Positions 9,957 through 21,307 of a stretch of DNA of 64,000 nucleotides are shown here, one piece after another. The stretch's first letter is position 1; every line of letters begins with the position of its first letter. The translations under genes were made by a program, and so were the position numbers. The notes under the pieces are model-generated. The model searched no databases. It was not told where the DNA came from and saw only the letters and a program-made list of their open reading frames with translations. The DNA is from Candidatus Marinacidobacterales bacterium (GTDB lineage: Bacteria > Acidobacteriota > Vicinamibacteria > Marinacidobacterales > DATDRI01): the NCBI GenBank assembly GCA_965226495.1, contig OZ245365.1:5024001-5088000 (forward strand), given 5' to 3'.

Positions 9957-11054
9957 ATGAACCTAGATCGACGAGCCTTCCTCGCCACATTGGCGGCCAC
10001 CACCGCCGCGTTGACCGGCAGAGGCGACCCACTTCTTGCCGAGAGCACTCGTTCACCCTTCGATGATGTACCGGAGCGTCTTTTTGAAAGGACCCCGGTC
10101 TTCGACGCCCTCGGTTTCATCGACGACGAGCTTCTAATCGATGCCGGCTGGGATCTCGTTCGCCGATCCGGGGTCACCGCCCTCCACACCAGCCTTGCCA
10201 ACCGCAACTCGCGAGTCGCGCTCGAAGCTCTCGCCGAATGGCAGGTTCGATTCGACAGCCAACCGAATCAACTGATCAAAGTGCTCGGTGCGGGCGACAT
10301 CGAGCGCGCGCATCGAGAAGGTAAGCTCGGAATCTTGCTGGGTTTCCAGAACGCGACGTGTATCGATGGAGACCTCGATAACCTGCCCATTCTTCACGAC
10401 GCCGGAACCCGCATCATCCAGCTCACCTACAACTCGCGAAACCTCCTGGGAGACGGTTGCACGGAAAGAACCAACACCGGTCTTTCGGACTTCGGCGTGG
10501 CAGTTGTTGAAACGATGAACGAACTGGGAATTGCCGTCGACCTTTCTCATTGCGGTGAGCAGACGAGTCGGGACGGGATCGCAATCTCCCGGAAACCCCC
10601 TGCCTTCACTCATACGATGTGCAAGGCACTGCACGATCATCCACGTGCCAAAAGCGACGAGTTGCTTCGTGCCATGGCCGACCGCGGTGGAATGATCGGC
10701 ATTGTGTCTCTCGGCTACTTCATTGGCCCCACGGAGGACACCTCGCTGGAAGACTACCTGCGGCACATCGACCACGCCGTCAACGTTGCGGGCATCGATC
10801 ACGTGGGCCTTGCCTCGGACTACTCGCTCCGCGGGATTCGCGCGACGGCAACCCGCGAGAGCTGGTACGAGCCACGACTGAAGATATTCAAACCCAGCTA
10901 TAACGTCCGTTGGCCACCTTGGATCTCTGCGCTCGATGAACCGGAACGTTTTCGCACGACTGCCGAAGCGTTGACAAAGCGAGGCTATCGCAACGAGGAG
11001 ATCGAGAAGCTATTAGGCGAAAATTGGAGCCGATATTTTCGGCAGGCGCTGTAA
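9957..11054 (+). CDS. Membrane dipeptidase (peptidase M19) with Tat signal
   Basis: DRRAFL Tat motif; QLTYN, GLSDFG..VV..MNELG..VDLSH, GIDHVGLASD, LLGENW. Confidence 0.9.
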   Translation: MNLDRRAFLATLAATTAALTGRGDPLLAESTRSPFDDVPERLFERTPVFDALGFIDDELLIDAGWDLVRRSGVTALHTSLANRNSRVALEALAEWQVRFDSQPNQLIKVLGAGDIERAHREGKLGILLGFQNATCIDGDLDNLPILHDAGTRIIQLTYNSRNLLGDGCTERTNTGLSDFGVAVVETMNELGIAVDLSHCGEQTSRDGIAISRKPPAFTHTMCKALHDHPRAKSDELLRAMADRGGMIGIVSLGYFIGPTEDTSLEDYLRHIDHAVNVAGIDHVGLASDYSLRGIRATATRESWYEPRLKIFKPSYNVRWPPWISALDEPERFRTTAEALTKRGYRNEEIEKLLGENWSRYFRQAL

Positions 11055-11075
11055 GTCGCCCGAGTGTACTCCAGG

Positions 11076-12848
11076 TTAGTCCAACAGGGTCCGACCTTCA
11101 TCCCCCTCTAGCATTAAAAGTCGAACCAGCCGCAGCGGGGGTTCTCCGCAACCTAGAAACGCATCGTGGAAGTCGCGAAGCGTCTTCGTTTCCGCACCGA
11201 CGTTCACGTAGTCGGAGCGCAGCTTCAAGATTTGTAGCTTTCCCAGGGCGGCGCTCATGCGACTCGGATCGGCGGCGATCACCCTTACTTCTCGCTCGGC
11301 GGCAGCGGCGCTGAGGAAGGACTCGTTCACGAAAATCCGGACCGCGGTCTCGAGGCTCAGCCCTTCGGCGTGAATCAAGAGGGTCGTGAACAGGCGGCAT
11401 AGTTCAACAAGCGCTCGATGGAGCTGCACCAAACGTAGAAGCGGGTCGGCGCTTCCATAACCCTCGTCGAGGAACATCTCCTCTGCGTAATGCGCCCAGC
11501 CCTCTCGATTGGCGCGGGAGGCAAGAACACGGCGGAGCTCGCTCATGCGATTCACCGATTCGTTGCTGGATAGAAATCGAAGGTAGTTTCCTGGATAGAC
11601 CTCACGGATGGAGAGCAGCTGCAACATGTAGGGCTCGAGGGGCAATGAGGGGCTAGATGCCTCGGCTAAAGGCAACGCCAACCTTAAGACCGCCTCGCGC
11701 GAAGATTCCGCTGGCCCGGGAACACGCAGCTTGCCGAGTTCACCTCCTAGCAGCGAAGGTACTGCTTCGACTGCCGGATCAGCCGCGTAGGTTAGAACCC
11801 CCGCGATATTCCTCTTGAGAGCGAACTCCCTCAAGTCTTGAAGGAGATCCACCGTATAAGGCAATACCTCCTCGCGGTCGAGCCGTTGGCTAGAGACTTC
11901 GGCCAGGAGCATGGGGAGAGATAGCTCGGAGTTAATGGTGGCGGCTATTTCCCTAATCCTCTGTTTGGTTTCTCCGAGCCGACGCTCTGTCAACCACCGA
12001 ATTTCATCGAGCGGGGTCTCGTCCATCTCGCTATAGAGGAGTTGAACCCGGAGCAGGTCTTCGCCGAGACGAAACGATTCGATTTCACCCCGCGCGACAT
12101 TGCTCTCTAGCTGGACGATGAACCCTTCCATGGAATCCAGGGCCGCGAGGCTCGCGACTTCGATCTCCCTGCGCATCACGTCATCCGCGGCTCCGGACGA
12201 TCCGTCCAGGGTCGCCTCAAGCCCGCCCAGTTGCTCCTGGCAATTCCTAACACTTGCGATCCCATCTTCGATCAGAACCGGGGATAGGCTCTCGACGTTC
12301 TGGATCACCGATTCCAAGAAAGACGGGATTTGATTGAGACGAGACAGAAGCGCATCCAGCCTAATCGGAACTCCCGGCTGGAAAAGGCTCCATACGCCTG
12401 AACAGATGACATCGCTGTAGAAGCGGGGCGATCGACGCCAGGACTCGATCTCCTCCAATTCAAAGATCTCTGATTTGACCGCATTGGTTAGTAGGAGCGC
12501 ATCGATAAACGCCGGGCGAGAGAGTTTCGTAAGGTCGATTCCTAAGAGCCTCTGGCGGAAATCTCGGAGCTCCGCCACTCGGGACTTCACATGGCTGGCC
12601 GAGAAGTGCCCCAGGTCGGCATCGCTGTCGTGGATGCCCACCATCGTCGCCTGGACCGGATAGAATCTAAAACGCGCATCGAAATACTCCTTTGCCCTTC
12701 CTTCCAATATCCGATCTTCGGGTGAGACGTCCGGACCGGGACTCTGCGAGCAAGCGATGGGCAAGACCAGCGCGGCGAAAAGAGCAAGAATGGGACAGCG
12801 AGGCGGTTTTTGACAGTCTGGTCGCCCTCTGCTAATTTCCGCCCGCAT
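11076..12848 (-). CDS. DUF885 family lipoprotein
   Basis: Lipobox PIAC; P..AT..G.H, EVYPG, EGWAHYAE and GKL.I..LR motifs. Confidence 0.8.
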   Translation of the reverse strand: MRAEISRGRPDCQKPPRCPILALFAALVLPIACSQSPGPDVSPEDRILEGRAKEYFDARFRFYPVQATMVGIHDSDADLGHFSASHVKSRVAELRDFRQRLLGIDLTKLSRPAFIDALLLTNAVKSEIFELEEIESWRRSPRFYSDVICSGVWSLFQPGVPIRLDALLSRLNQIPSFLESVIQNVESLSPVLIEDGIASVRNCQEQLGGLEATLDGSSGAADDVMRREIEVASLAALDSMEGFIVQLESNVARGEIESFRLGEDLLRVQLLYSEMDETPLDEIRWLTERRLGETKQRIREIAATINSELSLPMLLAEVSSQRLDREEVLPYTVDLLQDLREFALKRNIAGVLTYAADPAVEAVPSLLGGELGKLRVPGPAESSREAVLRLALPLAEASSPSLPLEPYMLQLLSIREVYPGNYLRFLSSNESVNRMSELRRVLASRANREGWAHYAEEMFLDEGYGSADPLLRLVQLHRALVELCRLFTTLLIHAEGLSLETAVRIFVNESFLSAAAAEREVRVIAADPSRMSAALGKLQILKLRSDYVNVGAETKTLRDFHDAFLGCGEPPLRLVRLLMLEGDEGRTLLD

Positions 12849-12959
12849 ATCCAGTTTCTGAGGCTATGCCTAGACTAGACCTAGACTACGGTTTGTCACG
12901 CCCATGAATATCAAGAGTATCAGGTTCTTCAGGATCGTCGCGAACCGGCTCGCACCGAA

Positions 12960-14351
12960 GTGAACCCATCGAGACTCGAATTCTACGGCGGACAAGCGGG
13001 AGCCCTGGCTCCATTCGTGCTCTTCCTCACCGGGGTGGCCTGGTTGGGCCTCTCCGGCGCCCCAGACGAAAAAGGTTTTTGGCCGGTGCTCCTGGCAGCA
13101 CTCGCCCTGGGGCTCTTGGTTACCAAGGATCGCACGGGCTACTCCGAGGTCGTGATTCGCGGGATGAGCCAACCGATCGTCATCTTGATGATCATGGCGT
13201 GGCTCCTGGCCGGCGTCCTCGGCACGATCATGGCCGGTACCGGATTCGTCGAGGCCCTGGTGTGGCTTGCTCGTCAGACCGGTGTTTCAGGCGGGGGATA
13301 CGTAGCCGCGGCGTTCCTGATCTGCTGCGGAGTCTCGACCTCGACCGGCACTAGCATTGGAACGATTCTATTATGCGGGCCGCTTCTCTACCCGGCGGGG
13401 AGCGCGATGAGTGTCGAGCCCGCTGTGCTGATGGGTGCTATTTTGGGCGGGGCGGTATTCGGGGACAATGTATCCCCGATCTCCGACACCACCATCGCTT
13501 CCGCGCTCACTCAAGACGCGCAAATCGGCGAAGTGGTGCGGAGCCGGCTCAAGTACGCGCTGCCCGCGGCGGGCGTGTCTCTCGTTTTCTATGCCGCGCT
13601 CGGTGGCTCGGCTGCCGCAGCCGGCGCCGGGTCGGAACAAGTCGGCTCCCCGCAAGGATTACCCATGGTGGTGGCGCCAGCGCTCACGGTGTGGCTTCTT
13701 TTGGCGCGGCGACATTTGCTGGAGGGACTACTCTCCGGGATCCTTGCCGCGGCCGCCATCGGTCTAGCCCTGGGACTTCTGGAGCCCTCCGAGCTCCTTT
13801 ACATAGACTCCGAGAGTTTCAGCGCCAAAGGCATCGTCCTGGAAGGCTTGGAAAGAGGCGTGGGTGCTTCCATCTTTACGCTTTTCCTGATGGGAATGGT
13901 GGCGAGCATCGAGGCCGCGGGCATCCTGGGACGAGTCGTCGAGTTCGCGCGAAAGCGAACCGCGTCACCACGCGGGGCCGAGTTCTGGATCTTCGGAACG
14001 GTCTCGGCCGCGGTCGCGATCACAACTCACAGTGCGGTCGCGATCCTCACCGTCGGTCAGTTCACGCGCGAGACCGGCGAACGGTTTAAGATATCTCCAT
14101 CCCGCCGCGCCAATTTGCTCGATGTCACGGTGTGCAGCTTCCCGTTCAATCTCCCCTATTTCGTGCCGGTGATCCTTGCCGCGAGTACCAGTGCATCGGG
14201 AGTCGACTTCGGCATGCCTCGCATCTCGCCCTTCGAGACTGGGTTCAATAACTACCACTCGTGGATGTTGTTGATCGTCGTCGTACTCGCGATTGTCACT
14301 GGCTTCGGCCGGAGGCCGAAGCCAGTCGGCCAGGAGGAATTGCCGCTGTAA
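12960..14351 (+). CDS. Na+/H+ antiporter NhaC family protein
   Basis: STSTGTSIGT and GGAVFGDNVSPISDTTIASA motifs; many TM helices. Confidence 0.88.
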   Translation: MNPSRLEFYGGQAGALAPFVLFLTGVAWLGLSGAPDEKGFWPVLLAALALGLLVTKDRTGYSEVVIRGMSQPIVILMIMAWLLAGVLGTIMAGTGFVEALVWLARQTGVSGGGYVAAAFLICCGVSTSTGTSIGTILLCGPLLYPAGSAMSVEPAVLMGAILGGAVFGDNVSPISDTTIASALTQDAQIGEVVRSRLKYALPAAGVSLVFYAALGGSAAAAGAGSEQVGSPQGLPMVVAPALTVWLLLARRHLLEGLLSGILAAAAIGLALGLLEPSELLYIDSESFSAKGIVLEGLERGVGASIFTLFLMGMVASIEAAGILGRVVEFARKRTASPRGAEFWIFGTVSAAVAITTHSAVAILTVGQFTRETGERFKISPSRRANLLDVTVCSFPFNLPYFVPVILAASTSASGVDFGMPRISPFETGFNNYHSWMLLIVVVLAIVTGFGRRPKPVGQEELPL

Positions 14352-14384
14352 ATTCGGTGGGCAAGGGAACCTGGCCGGGTTTTG

Positions 14385-14537
14385 GGCCCGAGCGCAGCCT
14401 TGAGCGGACGCGCAGTCGCGAAGTCGACGGAGCATCAGGCGTTGGGGGTGGGGCCCCAACGCAGTTATGGAAGAGCGAGGGCAACGCGTGGGGGTGGGGC
14501 CCCGTCGCATTCCTGATGACGGTGGGGGCCCGCGCAC
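14385..14537 (+). repeat. Dispersed GGGGGTGGGGCCCC hairpin repeat cluster (2 full + 1 partial core) between convergent genes
   Basis: Perfect stem GCGTTGGGG-GTGGGG-CCCCAACGC at 14439-14462, second core at ~14486-14508. 5' part matches the copies at 25.2 kb and 29.2 kb. Confidence 0.85.
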
Positions 14538-14556
14538 TAATCGTTTTCTTCGACCG

Positions 14557-16983
14557 TCACTCGGCGCGCAGCGCCTCAGTCGGATCCACCGAAGCCGCCC
14601 GCCGCGCCGGCACATAACACGCAACCACCGCGACCGCGAGCAAGATCACTGCCGTGGCGGCAAAGCTTGCGCCGTCGGTCGCACTCACCTCAAACAGTAG
14701 GCTCGAGAGCACGCGACCCAGAGCAAGAGCGGCGAAGAGGCCGATGGCGATACCAAAGAGCGTCAAGGCCAAGCCGCGGCCAAGAACCAGGCGCACCACG
14801 TCACCTCGACTCGCGCCTAACGCGATACGGACACCGAGTTCCCGGGTGCGGCCCCCGACGACCTGCGACAACAGCCCGTAGATTCCCACCGCGGCCAGCA
14901 GCAACGCGACCCCCGAAAAGATCCCCAGCAACAAAGCCGTGAGACGTTGCCTAGCCACCGAGCCCGCTAATACAGCTTCCATCGTCGTTACGTCGGAGAT
15001 CGCCAGGTCGGGGTCAAGTTCCCACACCGCGCGGCGCAGCGGCTCGGCCAGTGTTCCAGGGGTAATGTCGGCTCGCACGACAAGTGTTGCTCTTCTTGGC
15101 AGCCCGTAGCCATAAAAGGATTCTTGAGCGTGCGGAACGAAGACCGTTGGTTGCGGCGGCACCGCGAGGCCGTCATGGCGGACGTCTCCGACGACACCAA
15201 CGATCTCGAACGGCACTTCCTTCGGTTTGCTGGCGACGATGAGGACCCTTTGCCCTAACGCCTCATCCCCGCGAAAGAAGCTTCGCGCCAGCGTCTCGTT
15301 GACGATCACCACCCTCGGAGACGATTTCGTGTCGCTTGCCGTGAAGTCCCGGCCACGAAGGGGAATCCCGAGCGTGCGGAAGTATCCGGGCCCCACGGTT
15401 TGGTGCCCGACGGCCGGAAACGGATCTTGAGGACGAAACTCTCTGTCCACGTGCTCGAATCGCTCCGTGCGCAGTCCCTGCGCAAACGGTAGGTTGCTCA
15501 CATGGCTGACCGATCTCACCCCGGGGAGAGCTTCCAATTTGAGCACCAACTCCGGAAAGAAAGCCTCGACATCACCGGGTTCGGGGTAACGAACTTGCGG
15601 CAGTGAGATCCTCGCGCTCAGTACACTCGTTGGCTCGAAGCCCGGCTGAATCTGGACAAGGTTCCAGAAACTTCGCAGCAAGAGGGCGGAGCCCACCACC
15701 AATACCACCGCCAGGGCGATTTCGGCGACGACGAGGGCGCCACGCAATCGCGGGCGCCCCACACCCTCACCAATCTCACGGGCGCCCGAAACGAGGGCGG
15801 GACTCAAACTTCGACTTGAGGCACGTAACCCGGGGACCAGGCCGAAGGCGAGCGCGGACAATAGCGAGACCGCGAGCGTGAAAGCGGCCACGCCACCATC
15901 GACCCCGATCCGCTCCGCTCGCGGGAGGTTGCCGGGCTCTATGGCGAGAAGCGCATCGACGCCCCAAACCGCGAGTAGTAACCCCAGCGCTCCACCCGCG
16001 ATGGCGAGAACCAAACTCTCGGCCAAGGTTTGGCAAAGAAGTCGCCCTCGTCCGGCACCGAGCGCAGTCCGAATCGCCATTTCCTTCTGGCGCCCTTCGG
16101 CCCTCGCTAAGAACAAGCCGGCCACGTTGACGCACGCAATCAAAAGGACCAGCCCCACCGTCCCCAGGAGAACGAAGAGCGGCGTCCGAACACTGCCTAC
16201 CAGCTGCTCTTTCATCGTGACCGCATTCAACGGGTGGGCGTGCTCATAGTCGCTAGCCCAGCGCTCGCTTACGACGTCCATCTCGGCAAGTACCTGCGGT
16301 GTGCCGATCCGCGCTCGCGAGCGGCCTATCACAGTAAGGTAGTGGCCGGAGCGATCGGTGATGGAAGCCCGGTCGACAACGAGCGGGATCCAAAGCTGTG
16401 CAGCTGATGAAGGAAAAACAAAGGCTTCCGGCATGACGCCCACCACGGTGTAGCTCTCGCCATCCAAAAGGATCGCTCTATCCATCACAGCTGGATCGCC
16501 ACCGAAACGGCTTCGCCAAAGTCCGTCGCTCAACACGACCAGCGAGGCCCCGCCGGGACGATCCTCGCCAGGCAGAAAAACCCGCCCGAGTTTCGCTTCT
16601 GACCGTAGCACCGACCACAGGCCGGCACTGGTCATGCAGCCGGTAATTCGCAGGGGGCGTTCGTCGCCGGTTAGCACCGCTGGTCCGCAGGCGAAGGCTC
16701 CCAACTCCTCGAACAGATCCGTTTCGGCGCGATAGTCGAGAAACTCCGCTTCTGAAACTGGAAAGCGGCTTCGCCCCTGTTCAGGGAACTGCGTCCAAAC
16801 ATTAATAAGGGCGTTCGGTTCTTCGTACGGTAGCGGCTCGAGCAAAACGGCGTTGACGACACTAAAAATGGCGCTGTTCGCACCGATGCCGAGGGCCAAC
16901 GTGAGCACAGTCACCATCGCGAAGCCAGGTCGCTTTAGTAAGGTGCGGGTGGCCAACCGCAGGTCGTGAGCTAGATTCGCCAT
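14557..16983 (-). CDS. ABC transporter permease, ADOP (acidobacterial duplicated orphan permease; MacB/FtsX x2)
   Basis: DLR.A.R.L.KRPGF...[40 protein letters not shown] twice, [21 protein letters not shown] before ATG 16983. Confidence 0.93.
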   Translation of the reverse strand: MANLAHDLRLATRTLLKRPGFAMVTVLTLALGIGANSAIFSVVNAVLLEPLPYEEPNALINVWTQFPEQGRSRFPVSEAEFLDYRAETDLFEELGAFACGPAVLTGDERPLRITGCMTSAGLWSVLRSEAKLGRVFLPGEDRPGGASLVVLSDGLWRSRFGGDPAVMDRAILLDGESYTVVGVMPEAFVFPSSAAQLWIPLVVDRASITDRSGHYLTVIGRSRARIGTPQVLAEMDVVSERWASDYEHAHPLNAVTMKEQLVGSVRTPLFVLLGTVGLVLLIACVNVAGLFLARAEGRQKEMAIRTALGAGRGRLLCQTLAESLVLAIAGGALGLLLAVWGVDALLAIEPGNLPRAERIGVDGGVAAFTLAVSLLSALAFGLVPGLRASSRSLSPALVSGAREIGEGVGRPRLRGALVVAEIALAVVLVVGSALLLRSFWNLVQIQPGFEPTSVLSARISLPQVRYPEPGDVEAFFPELVLKLEALPGVRSVSHVSNLPFAQGLRTERFEHVDREFRPQDPFPAVGHQTVGPGYFRTLGIPLRGRDFTASDTKSSPRVVIVNETLARSFFRGDEALGQRVLIVASKPKEVPFEIVGVVGDVRHDGLAVPPQPTVFVPHAQESFYGYGLPRRATLVVRADITPGTLAEPLRRAVWELDPDLAISDVTTMEAVLAGSVARQRLTALLLGIFSGVALLLAAVGIYGLLSQVVGGRTRELGVRIALGASRGDVVRLVLGRGLALTLFGIAIGLFAALALGRVLSSLLFEVSATDGASFAATAVILLAVAVVACYVPARRAASVDPTEALRAE

Positions 16984-17141
16984 GACAACTCCCTCCGAAC
17001 CGAAGGAAAGCAAAACGTAGGCCAACACAATACTCGCGTGGGACACCGTTTTGCGGCGGGGTCGCATGGAAAGCGTCCAGTTTCGGGACGCGCAAGGTTC
17101 CAAGATCGGACAGAATCGAATTGAGCGGTGAGTGACTACCC

Positions 17142-17829
17142 TCAGAGTCGGATCAGAATCTCTTCAAGTCGTTTTCTGTGGAGATCGGGAACCTCGGCGC
17201 CCTTGGCGGGGTAGCCCACCGGAATAAGAACGAACGGTGTTTCGTTGGTAGGTCGCTTCAAGATCTCGCGAAGAAACTTCATAGGGCTTGGAGTGTGGGT
17301 CAGAGTCGCGAGACCCGCGTTGTGTAGCGCCGCGAGAAGCATGCCCACCGCAATCCCCACCGACTCGACAACGTAATAGTGCTTGCGCTTGACCAGGGTA
17401 CCGTCGTCGAGCGCAGCGTTTTCGAGACCATAGTCGATGCGAAATACTACGATCAGATACGGGGCGATCTCCAAAAACTCCTTGTGCCAGTCGGTTCCTA
17501 GGGGCGCCAAGGCTTCTTTCCATTCTTCCGGCATCCGCCGTTCGTAGTTCTCGCGCTCCTCTGCTTCCGCTGCTTCACGAATCCGGCTCTTGATTTGCGG
17601 GTCGGAGACCACCACGAACCGCCATGGCTGTTGATGAGCGCCGGAGGGTGCGGTTCCCGCCGTTTGGATCGCGCGTTCGATAAGGTGGAACGAAACCGGG
17701 CTGGGCGAGAAGTCTCGCACCGTTCGGCGGCGATCCATTACGTCATTAGAACTCCCGCGCCCTCCGCCGTTGCTCGTTTTCTTCGAGTTCGTCGAAACGA
17801 AGCGGTATGAACTTGGGAGTTCCTCTCAT
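17142..17829 (-). CDS. Iodotyrosine deiodinase-like nitroreductase; 1-nt insertion at ~17746 splits the N-terminus
   Basis: [41 protein letters not shown]. Upstream frame [27 protein letters not shown] joins YDVMDRRR if one base is removed. Confidence 0.8.
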
Positions 17830-17880
17830 GAGTTCACACGTCGAGCTCGGGCGGACGACACCGAGTGCCCCTCGAACCTC

Positions 17881-19242
17881 TCACACTTTGAAGAAGGCTT
17901 CCTTTTCCGCCATCGGCGCCCCCTTCAACAGGTGCCTGGCAAGATGAAGGGACATCTTCATCGAGTGATCGGAATTGTTGTACCAGTAGGCGCCGGTGCG
18001 ACCGAGAAGCTTCAAGTTCTTGAACGGTTTCGCCATGCGCGCCGCAGCCGAGAAGCTTTCCTTGTAGCAAAGATCGTAAATCGGATAGGTGTCGCGAACT
18101 TTCTCGACGTGCACCGCCCCAAAGTCATCGAGAGAACGAACCAATTTCAACCGGACGAGATCGGATTTGATCCGGGTTATCAGCGCCTCTGGATCGCACC
18201 ACGCCTCGGCACCCTCAAAGCAGGTGACTTCGACGCAGAGCCCAGTCTTTCCGGAAGGCGACATGTAAGGAGCGAGCTCCTTGGTGATGGTCACGCGGGA
18301 AATGACAGTATCGGCGCTGCCGTAGTAGATCCACTGTTCGTGCTCCAACACGTCGGCGTGGACTTCGATGTTGAAAAGCACCGTTGATAGATACCGGATC
18401 GCCGGAGGCTCCTTCCCAAGAAGCCGCGCGAGGGCAATCAGATTTCCGCTCCAAACCAGGTGCTTGGGTCTAAGCTTGGTCCCGTTGGTAAGCTCCACTT
18501 CTTCGATTTTCCCATCCTGCGCATGGATCGCGGTGACCGTATCGTTGAGCCGGATCTCGCCGCCAATTTGAGGGATCTGTTCCGCCAGCTTCTCGCAAAA
18601 AGTACCGAAGCCCCCGTAGCTAGGATAAAGAAACTTGGTCACCACCGGACGAGGCAGAAGCACGTTGCGCACCAGGTCGAGAAGGGACTCGCTCTTGACC
18701 CGATTATCGATCACCGCACGATTGATCCCAGTCGTAGCCCAATCCACATGAACATCTTCGCAGGGGATCTGAAGAAACTTCTCGGTGTACGGCTTGAAGA
18801 AGAGGCGATACAGGGTGTCTCCATAGCGGGAGCGCGTGTACTCTGTAAAAGACTTGTCGTCCGCCGGTGGCCGTCGTCTCAGCAGGTCGAGTCCCGACGA
18901 GAACATGACGGGAAGCGGCAGTCGAAACAGGGCGCGACTGTCGAGTGGCCAAGCGAAATACTTTCCAAACAAGTGCACCGAGCTCGACCGGTCCACCACG
19001 AGGTAGTCGTCACCCAGCACCTCGAGAAGAAAGTCCATGACTTCTTTGTCTTCGGTGTGGAATCGCTTGGGTCCGACATCGAAGGTGAAGCCGTTGTAGT
19101 GAAACGAGCGAGCCAGTCCACCGACCACATCGTTGCGCTCGACGACGGTCACCTGCTGTTTCTCCTTGAGGACCGCGTGGGCGAAGGTGAGACCGGCCAC
19201 GCCGGCACCCACTACTAGGAAGTCTTTGTCAGTACTCATCAC
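17881..19242 (-). CDS. FAD-dependent oxidoreductase (protoporphyrinogen oxidase/UDP-galactopyranose mutase-like)
   Basis: GAGVAG, GGLARS...FD.GP.RF, FKPYTEK, YP.Y and GRTG.Y.YNNSDHS motifs. Confidence 0.8.
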   Translation of the reverse strand: MMSTDKDFLVVGAGVAGLTFAHAVLKEKQQVTVVERNDVVGGLARSFHYNGFTFDVGPKRFHTEDKEVMDFLLEVLGDDYLVVDRSSSVHLFGKYFAWPLDSRALFRLPLPVMFSSGLDLLRRRPPADDKSFTEYTRSRYGDTLYRLFFKPYTEKFLQIPCEDVHVDWATTGINRAVIDNRVKSESLLDLVRNVLLPRPVVTKFLYPSYGGFGTFCEKLAEQIPQIGGEIRLNDTVTAIHAQDGKIEEVELTNGTKLRPKHLVWSGNLIALARLLGKEPPAIRYLSTVLFNIEVHADVLEHEQWIYYGSADTVISRVTITKELAPYMSPSGKTGLCVEVTCFEGAEAWCDPEALITRIKSDLVRLKLVRSLDDFGAVHVEKVRDTYPIYDLCYKESFSAAARMAKPFKNLKLLGRTGAYWYNNSDHSMKMSLHLARHLLKGAPMAEKEAFFKV

Positions 19243-19315
19243 TCGACCCGTGCAATCGGCTACTCTAGCACGGGCGACGACGGGTCGGAAACGCCGGGCC
19301 CTATTAGGGGAGGCG

Positions 19316-21307
19316 TTAGGATGGAGTAACTTGGAAGATGGTCGCGCCGGCGTTGGAATAGACCTCGCGAAAAAGCCAGGGGGCCTCCCAGAGCTTTCGG
19401 ACTAGCTCCCCTCGCACCGCGACTTCGCGGGTGCCGATGACCAGATAGTCGATTCCCGCCTCCGACGCCAACTCGTGAGCTCTCACCGGATCGCGAGATA
19501 CGAAAATGGGCCGCAGCTGCCGTTCTCTTTTCCGGTATTTGCGGTTGTCGAGGAGGAAGATAGGAAACCCAACCGCCATCCGTCTCTCCGCAAGGGCGGG
19601 TATCAGTGCCCATTCCCCGGGCTCGCGCGCGCGTATATCCCACTGAACCACGGCGTCTAAAGGGGTATTGGACCGGATCCACGAAAGAGCTTGGTAATCC
19701 GAGCGATCGACGATGGTCGTCCAACGAAACGTCCCGCGGGAAAAGTCTCGATTGGTGACGTCCTGAGCGTTATAGACATCGAGCACCGCGGTGAGCAAGC
19801 CCGGCACCAAAATGACCAGCAGTGCCCAACGCCTCCGATTTCCGATCGTGACCGCTACCATCAGAAAGAGTGCCACCAGGAGAATGCTGCCGGCGCGCCA
19901 AGCCATCCAAACGCCAGGGTAACTCCCGATATCCATGAAGAGAATGGCCATCAACGCCATTCCCGCCAGCGCCGTGATCGGTCGTGCGTAGCGGTCCGCG
20001 AGAGCGGGAAGCCCAAGGAAGAAGAGCGGCCCCGCCTCGAGCAGCAATAGGGCAGGCACCTCGGCAAGGCGAGGCACGCGGGGAACCAGGGCCCCGCCAG
20101 CTTCGTCGAAGAAACCGAGCGCGAAATACCAACCGAGAAAAGCAAGCGCCGTCGTTCCCACAATGAAGAGGTCGCGCAACAAATAGCTCTTTTGACCTCC
20201 CTCCATCGTGCGGCCCATGACGAGCCAAGGGCCCGCGATCATAGCGGTGACGATACTGGTGCCGGCCATGGCTCCGAGGACGACCCCTGCGAGAATCGAG
20301 CTCGCAATCCCACGCGGCTCACCTCGATAGAGAAGAAGAACCAAGATCAAGAGGAGGCTGTACGAGTAAAGATGTTGGGGTGTGTAAAGGAGCGAACGAT
20401 GGAGACCATCGAGAGAAGTGAGCTCGAAGAACCAACGCGAGAAGGCATCCACGTTCATATCCCGGAAACTTCCCAAGGGTTCGCCGATCCAGGCGGCGCG
20501 AACCAGAGCCGCCAAGCCCTCGTAGCTTGCCGCCGCTACTCCGATGACGACCGCGGCGAAGGCGTAACGCGGGCTACGGGCCAACCGACAGCCAGCCGCG
20601 AAGGCAAGCATTGTGAAGAGCAAGCTACTTCCAAGGTTCGTCAAAATGAGCGCCGGTTGGTTTCCGATCCAACCTCCGACCACAGCGGGCAAGAGGAAGA
20701 AAAGCCATTGGTAGCCGAGCGACCGACCGACGTAGAAAGGATTCTGGGGTGGGAAATCCCCTTTTTGAAGCTCCCCTACGATCGAGAGGTGGGTCATGAG
20801 GTCGGCGCTGAAGTAGGCTCGATAGGCGAAACCTTCCACGGCTTCTTGCCCGATTCGCAGGTAAGGCAGCGCTACCAAACTCATCACAACGGCTAGAGTC
20901 GCTACAAGCCAGAGGCGCGCCTCCTGCCCTTCTTTCCGGAAGCTGATTTGCGGTCGACGGGCCGCGTATACGATCACCGCGGTGACGGCGACGAGGGCGA
21001 AGCCGAGCTTGATCGGCGTCAGAACTCCGAGGCGATAGAGCAAGCTGGCCACCAGCGTGCTAAGGAAGTATCCAATGGCAATGCCGGCGGCGTGTCGTTC
21101 GCGGCCCGAGAACCATCGCCCTGCGAGCGCCCAACCAGGGGCGGCGAACAATGCGAGTGAGACGGCGAAGACGAGCACACGCCCAAGCGAGCCGGAGACC
21201 ACCGTCGCCAACACAACTCCCGCCGCCACGACGACGGCGACGCAAGCCAGGCTGAAATACCGCCAGCCGTCGCTTGCTATTTGGTGGCCCGGATCATGAT
21301 GTGCCAT
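19316..21307 (-). CDS. Polytopic membrane protein, possible GT-C glycosyltransferase
   Basis: About 13-15 hydrophobic helices, D...H loop followed by PP.NPF, C-terminal soluble domain (ALSWIR.NTP, GIDYL, VYSN). Confidence 0.6.
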   Translation of the reverse strand: MAHHDPGHQIASDGWRYFSLACVAVVVAAGVVLATVVSGSLGRVLVFAVSLALFAAPGWALAGRWFSGRERHAAGIAIGYFLSTLVASLLYRLGVLTPIKLGFALVAVTAVIVYAARRPQISFRKEGQEARLWLVATLAVVMSLVALPYLRIGQEAVEGFAYRAYFSADLMTHLSIVGELQKGDFPPQNPFYVGRSLGYQWLFFLLPAVVGGWIGNQPALILTNLGSSLLFTMLAFAAGCRLARSPRYAFAAVVIGVAAASYEGLAALVRAAWIGEPLGSFRDMNVDAFSRWFFELTSLDGLHRSLLYTPQHLYSYSLLLILVLLLYRGEPRGIASSILAGVVLGAMAGTSIVTAMIAGPWLVMGRTMEGGQKSYLLRDLFIVGTTALAFLGWYFALGFFDEAGGALVPRVPRLAEVPALLLLEAGPLFFLGLPALADRYARPITALAGMALMAILFMDIGSYPGVWMAWRAGSILLVALFLMVAVTIGNRRRWALLVILVPGLLTAVLDVYNAQDVTNRDFSRGTFRWTTIVDRSDYQALSWIRSNTPLDAVVQWDIRAREPGEWALIPALAERRMAVGFPIFLLDNRKYRKRERQLRPIFVSRDPVRAHELASEAGIDYLVIGTREVAVRGELVRKLWEAPWLFREVYSNAGATIFQVTPS

